From contig NC_068985.1 of NCBI RefSeq assembly GCF_001194135.2, positions 124,916,969 through 124,980,968 of the forward strand: DNA of 64,000 nucleotides, in the 5' to 3' direction. Below, in pieces: positions 55,166 to 64,000 of the stretch. A model generated the notes under the pieces. That model saw only the letters and a list, made by a program, of their open reading frames with translations, was not told the origin of the DNA and did not search any database. Every line of letters begins with the position of its first letter. Position 1 is the first letter of the stretch. The position numbers and the translations under genes were made by a program. Origin of the DNA: Octopus bimaculoides (lineage: Eukaryota).

Positions 55166-55519
55166 ACTGCTACTAAAGTGGTCGCTTCTCCCCAGTGCTT
55201 GTTGGTTTCGAACCATCTTCCTCAAATTCTTACGAATCGTTTGTCCGCCTCTCGTCCTCCACATTATGTCCAACAACCCCTTAGCTCATAACAGCCATTA
55301 CTCTCATTTCTTCCTATCTTGAATGTTGTCCCTTTGGAATTCCCTTTATATACTTGCTTTTTTTTTTTTACTTATTTTCTGCAGCCGTCGATTTGCGACT
55401 AAGAGAAACTTTAACCCTACCGATCTCATTAATTTTGGGGGTGGGGACTGCGAAGACCATGGTCACTGCCTCTCCTAGAAAAAAAAAAAGAAAATACCCC
55501 GCCTCCTCGACAGTACTAT

Positions 55520-55737
55520 CTTTTATCGTTTACCTGTTTCAGTCATTAGACTGCGGTCATGCTGGGGCACCGCCTTGAATTTTTGGTCGAATAAATCGAC
55601 CTCAGTACTTATTTTTTAAGCCTGGTACTTATTCTGTTGGTCTCTTAGGGCGAACCGCTATGTTACGGGGATGCAAACACACCAACACCGGTTGTCAAGT
55701 GGGGATGGGAGGGACAAACACACACACAGGCACACAC

Positions 55738-55770
<33 letters not shown>

Positions 55771-55921
55771 CAACAGGCTTCTTTCAGTTTCCGTCTACCA
55801 AATCCACTCACAAAGCTTTGGTCGGCCCGAAGACACTTACCCACGATGCCAGGTAGTGGGACTGAACTTGGAAGCATGCGGTTGGAAAGCAAGCTTCTTA
55901 CCACTCAACCACTCCTGCGCC
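55520..55921 (-). mobile_element. Full-length SINE family A
   Basis: Reverse complement of the 26796-27360 consensus, with internal (TA)/(CA) tract. Confidence 0.88.
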
Positions 55922-56775
55922 TATGCCCATACTGAAATATTTATGCTAGTTATTTGTACAATTTCATTAATGAGGTGGCGTCAAGTTATTCTACTTTTTT
56001 ATTACAATGCTTCAAGAAAGCTCCAACGCTCTTCCTACATCCATACTGACGTAAATGCGTGTGTGTGTGAGTGCGTATGTGTCTGTATATGAGCTCGCAC
56101 GCGTGCATGTATGCGTGTGTGTACATGTTTACACGTGTGTATGAATGTGTGTCTATATATGTATATTGTTCATCAACTTTGGAATTATCGGAATGTCATA
56201 CACCTGTATAACAATTGTTTAGAACCAGTTTTGTCAGTTGTAGGTGTGTTAAGTGTGAATGTATTTTGTCTATATGTGTGCGTGTGTGTGCGTGTGCGTG
56301 CGTGGGTGTGAGAGAAAAGGAGAGAGAAAGAAAGATAGAGAGGTTAATGAGACATTTTCATGAATGATAACGAACTTTGATGAATGACTAATAAAAATTT
56401 ATGAAGAAAGAAAACCACCTTGAAATGTTTCCATCGTCACTTCGTTTATAAGGTAAGTAATTACAAGCACAATCAACACACAAACCAACAATGATGCCTT
56501 AACGAAGCAATGAAGGAGTCTTTGCATGGTCTTTTGATTTGCTATCCATAACAACCGAATATGTGTCAAAAATGGTGTTATTGTCTGCTGTAACCTTATC
56601 TGTAAGATAGAAGGGCAAGTTGACGTTCAGGTGTGGTCTTTGACACATGAATGTCCGATTTTCAAGATATCAAGCTTAACAACAGAAAGAACAGCAACCT
56701 CCTACCACCACCTCGACCATAACGACAACAAGAATAGCATCACCGTGTTCTTTTTACCTATTTATATCACTTCCT

Positions 56776-57116
56776 GGACGCGCAATGGCCCAGTGGTTAG
56801 GGCAACGGACTCGCGGTCATAGGATCGCGGTTTCGATTCCCAGACCGGGCGTTGTGAGTGTTTATTGATGGTGGTTAACCCTGCTGTACTCTTTCACCAC
56901 AACTTTCTCTCACTCTTACTTCCTGTTTCTGTTGTGCCTGTAATTCAAAGGGTCAGCCTTGTCACACTGTGTAACGCTAAATATCCCCGAGAACTACGTT
57001 AAGGGTACACGTGTCTGTGGAGTGCTCAGCCACTTGCACGTTAATTTCACGAGCAGGCTGTTCCGTTGATCGGATCAACTGGAACCCTCGACGTCGTAAG
57101 CGACGGAGTGCCAACA
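56776..57116 (+). mobile_element. SINE family C with a ~45-bp internal deletion
   Basis: Same head and tail as 23583-23957; segment gcgaaaacacct...ggcagggg absent. Confidence 0.9.
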
Positions 57117-57611
57117 ATATCACTTCCTACAGCAAGTCATACTTCGTCATCAAGCAACGAAGCAGCATACTGAAAATAACAATACAATTTCCCTGAAATC
57201 AGAACCACACCTCTTAAAATGAAAGGGCCACTTTTCAGAAGGTAGTCCTTCATTTACGAAAAGATACTGAGTGGTCCCTAGATGAAATGCCTTTGAGCAT
57301 AAGTCTGCTCGATAAGGACTGATAACACACCAATGTCACACTCTAGCAAATTATCTGAAGAATAAGTGTGAGTGATGAGTATTATTTGAATGAGCTAATG
57401 AACTTATTCTCGATATGGGAATATAGGTCATGAAGTGAATGAATGCGCTTTCCTTTGATATTCGGAACAAACCGAGATTCATATGAAGTTCATTGATTGT
57501 CTCCTCGTCTTTGGTAATTGGAGTTAGCTGAAATTTATCTTTTGGTTTCCTTAATGTCTCCTACGTGTCTGATAATTTCTATTAGAACAATTATATTGTA
57601 AATAATTTCAT

Positions 57612-57649
<38 letters not shown>

Positions 57650-57652
57650 ATA

Positions 57653-58212
57653 GGCGCAGGAGTGGCTGTGTGGTAAGTAGCTTGTTTACCAACCGCATGG
57701 TTCCGCGTTCAGACCCATTGCATGGCACCTTGGGCAAGTGTATTGTACTACAGCCTCGGGCTGACCAAAGCCTTGTGAGTGGATTTGGTAGACGGAAACT
57801 GAAAGTAGCCCGTCGTATNNNNNNNNNNNNNNNNNNNNNNNNNNNNNNNNNNNNNNNNNNNNNNNNNNNNNNNNNNNNNNNNNNNNNNNNNNNNNNNNNN
57901 NNNNNNNNNNNNNNNNNNNNNNNNNNNNNNNNNNNNNNNNNNNNNNNNNNNNNNNNNNNNNNNNNNNNNNNNNNNNNNNNNNNNNNNNNNNNNNNNNNNN
58001 NNNNNNNNNNNNNNNNNNNNNNNNNNNNNNNNNNNNNNNNNNNNNNNNNNNNNNNNNNNNNNNNNNNNNNNNNNNNNNNNNNNNNNNNNNNNNNNNNNNN
58101 NNNNNNNNNNNNNNNNNNNNNNNNNNNNNNNNNNNNNNNNCGATTTGCTCGACTAAAGACAGTGCTCCAGCATGGCCGCAGCCAAAAGACTGAAACAAAA
58201 GAAAATAAAAGA

Positions 58213-58254
<42 letters not shown>

Positions 58255-58709
58255 GTATTTATATATATATATATATATGTATATGTATTTATATATGTTC
58301 TTAGTACAAATTTTTATTATCTTTACTTGTTTCAGTCATTTGGCTGCGGCCATGCTGGGACACCCCCCGAAAGGATTTTAGTTGAATGAATCAACCCCAG
58401 TACTTATTGCTTTTTAAAGCCTGGTACCTATTTTCTCGGTCTTTTTTGCCTAACTGCTAAGTTACGGGGATGTAAACACACCAGCACCGGTTGTCAAGCA
58501 CCAGTTGACAAACACAAACACACGACATACATGCATGTATATACGACAAGTTTCTTCTGGTTTCCGTCTACCAAATCCACTTACACAAGTTTTTGCTTTG
58601 GTCGAGGCTGTACTATAAGATACTCGGTCAAGGTGTCGCGCAATGAGACTGAACCCGGAACCATGTGGTTGAGATGCCAACTTCTTACAACAAAGTCACA
58701 CCTGCGCCC
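57653..58709. mobile_element. Two SINE family A copies tail to tail (57653-58210 +, 58321-58709 -)
   Basis: ggcgcaggagtggctgtgtggtaag head on +; reverse-complement head ending cacctgcgccc on -; (TA)n between them. Confidence 0.85.
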
Positions 58710-58745
58710 ATATTATAAGTATATTTTTTTTAAAACAAATCCTTA

Positions 58746-58790
<45 letters not shown>

Positions 58791-58792
<2 letters not shown>

Positions 58793-59330
58793 GAGTGAGA
58801 GAGCAGTGCATGCCATCAAAGTGACACTGGGGTAGAATATACGAAGCTCATTATACCCATCATGACTACCCATCTGATAAGGGTACACCAGGCACATGCA
58901 TCACGACCATGTGTGCGTGACATGGTGATCTCATATCAAGATAAACAGCGCATGACCTCGCAGGTGGGGCCCAGTTAGAATTTTATTCAGGTCGAGTAGC
59001 TCGTCCCGCTCAAAAGGTCCCTGAATAATGTTTGTTTAAGGATGTTGAGCAAAACACCCATGTTTCCAAAGGTGAATTATTTAAACCCCAAAGAATTTCT
59101 CTCAGCACATGGCTATGATGCTCCCCCACAACTTCTGCTCATGATCAGAGATGCACATATCATAAGCCACTAAGGGACATGCTCAACTGGTTACGGTCAA
59201 TCAACTAACAAGCAAATCTGTGGTATTAAGCAGAACATTTACCAAGAAAAAACAATGTACATGATAACACTTCCAATCAATTAAGATCAGAAGCCATGAG
59301 AGCCACTGCCTGGTACTGTATCCGGGCCTC

Positions 59331-59331
<1 letters not shown>
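58791..59331 (-). mobile_element. Unclassified ~540-bp interspersed element embedded in (ATT)n (copy 2)
   Basis: Reverse complement of 38719-39260; (ATT)n at 58748-58790 and 59332-59410. Confidence 0.8.
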
Positions 59332-59390
<59 letters not shown>

Positions 59391-60366
59391 CATCATCATC
59401 ATTATTATTACAAGGCTGTTGTACTGACATTTCTTCCCGCTGCTAACGTCTTGAGTTCAAATTCAGACTCGATGAACTTTCTCTTTCGTCTCTCCGGGGT
59501 CGATAAAATAAAGTACCAGCCAAGTACAAGTTTTATGGTATCGACTAATTTGCTGGCCATGTTCCTAATTCAGACACATTTATTACAAAGAGCGGTAGTT
59601 TTAGCAGAACCACTTTTGTTAAACGATCGACCCGATGTCTACGTTTAATCTATACTAACTTCTTATACAGACATTTTCTAGAAGAGCAACTCTGATGCAA
59701 GTTTCAATAGTTATACATCAGTTTAGCGGAGAAAAGGGGAGGTAAGTGCGGAAACATGAATGTATAGGTCGGTGTTATGTGATTTCTGTATAAGTCGCAA
59801 TGAAAATGTGTGTACGTAGCAAGCCATGTTGTAGATGTATATCTACAAATGTACGTATACGTGTGCGTAAAATTATGTTTTAAACAATGATTCAGCTCTT
59901 TTACGTGAGATTTTGAATGTGTATGTATGTGTATATGTGTGTATCTGCATGCAGTATATACAGTTCTTCTTAAAGTATTGATTCATCATTTTTGTTCGTA
60001 CGTGTGTGTGTGTGTGTGTGGTGCGGAAATCCACGCTAATGTACGAATGGATCTGATTGCAACATTCAGAAAAGCCAATTATATTACTCCTACTACTGTA
60101 ATATAAGCCTCTTCGAAGTGGTGGTGGTTATTACTGTCCCCCTCTTCCCCCTCCTCCTACCCTCCTCCTACCCTCCTCTTCCTCCTCTTCCTGTTCCTCC
60201 TCTTCCTTCTACGCCACCTCCTCCTCTCTATTTCTCTTTTACTTTTTAATTCTTTCCCCGGCCTACACATTTCTTATTCAATAACACTCTAGCTTCTCTG
60301 TCAGTCTGTTTCTCTGTCTGTCTGTCTGTCTGTCTCTCTTTCTCTCTGTCTCTGTCTCTCTTTCTT

Positions 60367-60404
<38 letters not shown>

Positions 60405-60774
60405 TCTCTCTCTCCCCCTCTCTCTCTGTCATTGACAAAACTTCGTTTTTATATCTCTTCTCACGGTAGCAGGCTTCCAATCGTGGTAACATGTAAGATT
60501 CAATATATGTGTACCACACAAAAGACTGCAGTATGTTTTATAAAGTAAAATTAAAATAGGAAGTCAACCGTTCGTATCCCAGTGTTGCTGTTGCTACCGA
60601 TCTCTTCTTTTACTTTCATAAATTAAATTAACGGATTATTTAGATTAACGATGGTGAGAACTTATTTTAATGAAACGGTGTAACTGAGTTTACAATCTCT
60701 CCTTATTAACAGACGTCAAGGCGATGAGCTGGCCCAATAAAATACTTAATTACATTTCTTCCGGTTCTCTTTGC

Positions 60775-60775
<1 letters not shown>

Positions 60776-60857
<82 letters not shown>

Positions 60858-60858
60858 C
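60776..60858. repeat. (CAT)n microsatellite
   Basis: Directly visible. Confidence 0.95.
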
Positions 60859-60884
60859 TAAATATTATCATTATTACGTTAAAG

Positions 60885-61368
60885 GGCTGGCAGAGTCGTT
60901 AGCACGCCGGGCGAAATACTTAGCGGTATTTCTTCCGTGTCTACGTTCTGAGTTCAAATTCCGCCAAGGATGACTTTGCCCTTTCATCCTTTCGGAGTCG
61001 ATTATTGAGTACCAGTGAAACACTGGGGTCGATGTAATCGGCTTACACCATCCCCACTAAATTTCAGGCCTTGTGCCTTTAGTAGAAAGGATTATTACGT
61101 TGAAAGTTTGGGAGCAGACAGAATCGTTACTGCGCCAGACAAAATGCTTAATAGTTTGTCTTCTGGCTCTTTACATTCTCAGTTCAAATTCCGCCGAAGT
61201 TGACTTTACGTTTCATCCTTTCGGGATTGATAAAATAAATTTCACTTGAGCACTGTGTCGATGTAATCTGCAGGCCTTCTGCCCTCCAAACTTCATGTCT
61301 TGTGCCTATAACAGAAACATTTAATAGATGTCAAAAGCAGTGGATTGGGAGAATCATTAGAGTAGCAA

Positions 61369-61402
<34 letters not shown>

Positions 61403-61632
61403 GCCCTTTCTACTATAGGCATAAGGCCTGAAGATTTTGGGGGAGGGGACTAGTCGATTACATCGACCCCAGTGCGTAACTGGTATTTATTTTTCCTGCT
61501 CCGAAAGGATGAAAGGCAAAGTCAACCTCGGCGGAAATTGAACTCAAAACGTAGCGACGGGCGAAATACTGCTAAGCATTTCTCCCAGCGTGCTACCAGA
61601 TGATGATGCTGCTGCTGATGATGATGATGATG

Positions 61633-61678
<46 letters not shown>

Positions 61679-61686
61679 TAATAACG

Positions 61687-61717
<31 letters not shown>

Positions 61718-61920
61718 AATGCTTTGCGATATTTGTTTCCGTTGTTTAAAGGTTGAGTTCAAATCCTGCCGAGGTTGACTTGCTTTTCATCCTTTCGTGG
61801 TCGATATTTCAGTCTTTATGATTATATTGGTTTCAAATTTTCGCACAAGGCCCAATTTCGGGGATGGAGGTTAGTCGATTACATCCACTCCAGTACTCAA
61901 TTGATACCTTATTTTATCGG
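60885..61920. mobile_element. Cluster of about five SINE family B copies, both orientations
   Basis: Family B motifs at 60885-61095 +, 61100-61320 +, 61405-61590 -, 61750-61810 +, 61830-61920 -. Confidence 0.8.
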
Positions 61921-62028
61921 CTTCAGTCCCACTGCGTGATACCTTGGGTAAGTGTATTCTACTATAGCCTCAGGCCGACCAAAGCCTTGTGAGTGGATTT
62001 GGTAGACGGAAACTAAAAGAAGCCCGTC

Positions 62029-62060
<32 letters not shown>

Positions 62061-62280
62061 GTGTGTTTGTGTGTCTGTGTTTGTCTCCCCAACATCGCTT
62101 GACAACCGATGCTGGTGTGTTTACATCCCCGTAAATTAGCGGTTCGGCAAAAGAGACCGATAGAATAAGTACTAGGCTTACAAAGAATAAGTCCTGTGGT
62201 CGATTTGCTCGACTAAAGGCGGTGCTCCAGCATGGCCGCAGTCAAGTCAAATGACTGAAACAAGTAAATGAGTAAAGAGA
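61920..62280 (+). mobile_element. SINE family A, 5'-truncated, young-looking
   Basis: cagtcccactgcgtgataccttggg...gcggtgctccagcatggccgcagtc...gagtaaaga. Confidence 0.9.
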
Positions 62281-62440
62281 GAGTATATATCAGACTATGC
62301 AGTTAAAGGTTTCTCTTTGCAAACCGCTTCGTTCCTTGGAAAATGCCTTCGACTATAACCTTAATCGACCAATACTTTGGAAATAATATCTTAATATCAG
62401 GAAACATGTATGTGCGTGTGTATGTGTGTGTGTGTGTGTA

Positions 62441-62480
<40 letters not shown>

Positions 62481-63033
62481 TGTGTGCGCGTAACGATGTT
62501 ATAGTCTGTATCGAGCAGTCGTTGTGTATGTTTTCTATTTTTGCTCCAAAGGGACATAACTCAATACGAAACCTATTCTTTACCCAAGCCTTAAATATAT
62601 TCGGTTAAAGGAGTACTAGAACATTGTTGGATTATGGAGGTCAGGAGGACAGGTAAGGTGGCAGGGGCATCTGTGGTGTTGGAGAGCACAAGAGGAAGGA
62701 TAGCGGAGGGTAGAGTATCTAAGGTAGTGGACAAAATTACTTTAAAGTGTTTTATTTTCTTGTATTCTTTTACTGGCCTCATTCATTGAACTGTGATCAT
62801 TGCGGGATACCAGATTCAAGGGTTTGAGATCAATTATATTGACTTTGGTATTCAGAGTGGTACTCATTTTATTGAATGGTTGAGTTCACATATTGAGTTG
62901 TCACTTATAGAAAGTTATCTCCCTTCAGCGACTTAACGTATTTATACCGGTTTAGATCAACTCTCCCTTCCACTCATTCGCACTCGGCCCCCGTAAAAAT
63001 ATATACGTTCATATTAACATATGCATTGGTGTT

Positions 63034-63116
<83 letters not shown>

Positions 63117-63687
63117 GACGGGATTCTACAATGTTTCTCCTCTGCCAAAACTTTCTCACAAGGCATCGGTCAATCAAGTGCTATGGAGGGACCGAATTCA
63201 GAAGCATGCAATTTCGTAGTGAATCTTAATTGATTCTCTATAAACCAAAGCAAAAATAGAGGTTTTTGTTAGATATTTTACATTCTGATTTCAAATCCAG
63301 TTCCATAATTGTTTTATAATTTGATTCTGATTTAAATTCAGAACTTAAAAGGCCGTATACTGTTACATTCCTCCTTATATTCATTTCAAACTAAGCAATA
63401 TCGAAGCTCCCTGTCTTCATCCTACCAAAACACGCACGATCGATAAAACAAGTATCTTTCAAGTGCTGAAGCCAGTTTTATTGTCTCTGCCATCCTCCAA
63501 AATATGTCTATTTAGTTATAGCACTTTTTGCATCTCTGAGTTCAAGTCTTGCTGAAGTCATCTTAACTATTAATCCTTCCTTCCTTCCTTGTTAAAATAA
63601 AATGCCAATCAAATGCTAGAGCCCATTGAATCAACAAGTCCCTTTCCTCAATTTTCTTGTTGTTAAGTTGGAATTATTATTTGAGCT

Positions 63688-64000
63688 CAAGGCGGCGAGC
63701 TGGCAGAAACGTTAGCACGTCGTGCGAAATGCTTAGCGGTATTTCGTCTGCCGTTCCACCGAGGTCGACTTTGCCTTTCATCCATTCGGAGTCGATAAAT
63801 TAAATACCAGTTGTGTACTGGTGTCGGTCTAATCGACTAGCCCCCTCCCCAAAACTTTCGAGCCTTGTGCCTAAAGTAGAAAACTTTATTATTCGAGCGC
63901 AAGGAGTTGAGTTGGCAGAATCGTTAGCCCGTCAGACAGAATGCTTAGCTACATTTCTTCTGGTTCTTTATGTTGTGAGTTCAAATTCTGCCGAGGTCGA
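63688..64000 (+). mobile_element. Two tandem SINE family B copies (second runs off the window)
   Basis: caaggcggcgagctggcagaaacgttagcacg...tgcctaaagtagaaa, then gagttggcagaatcgttag...gagttcaaattctgccgaggtcga. Confidence 0.85.

Noticed and set aside
56445-56460. Strong splice donor AAG|GTAAGT
   Set aside because: No matching acceptor or coding frame upstream; isolated donors are expected by chance in 64 kb.

Overview
Eukaryotic, AT-rich, gap-riddled (many N runs) repeat-dominated DNA. I recognise no host protein-coding exon; almost all ORFs in the supplied track are translations of microsatellites or N-gaps. The dense tRNA-derived SINE families plus (CA)n/(TA)n/(TATG)n/(AAT)n tracts suggest an Octopus (coleoid cephalopod) draft assembly (inference, not verified). 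Supported content: a degenerate Tc1 (DD34E) transposon; a mariner with an inverted second 5' end and a nested SINE block; a second mariner fragment and a mariner MITE; five fragments of restriction-like-endonuclease (RLE) non-LTR retrotransposons (four R4/Dong-like, one HERO/NeSL-like); an L1/Tx1-type ORF1 (zinc knuckle) relic; a CR1/L2/Jockey-type RT relic split by (CT)n; a Helentron-type non-autonomous element; and dozens of SINE copies from at least four families. The most notable observations are non-coding: a 358-bp terminally redundant unit carrying a type I hammerhead-ribozyme fold (retrozyme/Penelope-like, 21433-21845), a three-copy family with a hammerhead fold whose core reads CUGU(U/G)GA instead of CUGANGA, and a two-copy ~540-bp element embedded in (AAT)n. 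All calls are by eye; no database searches were run.
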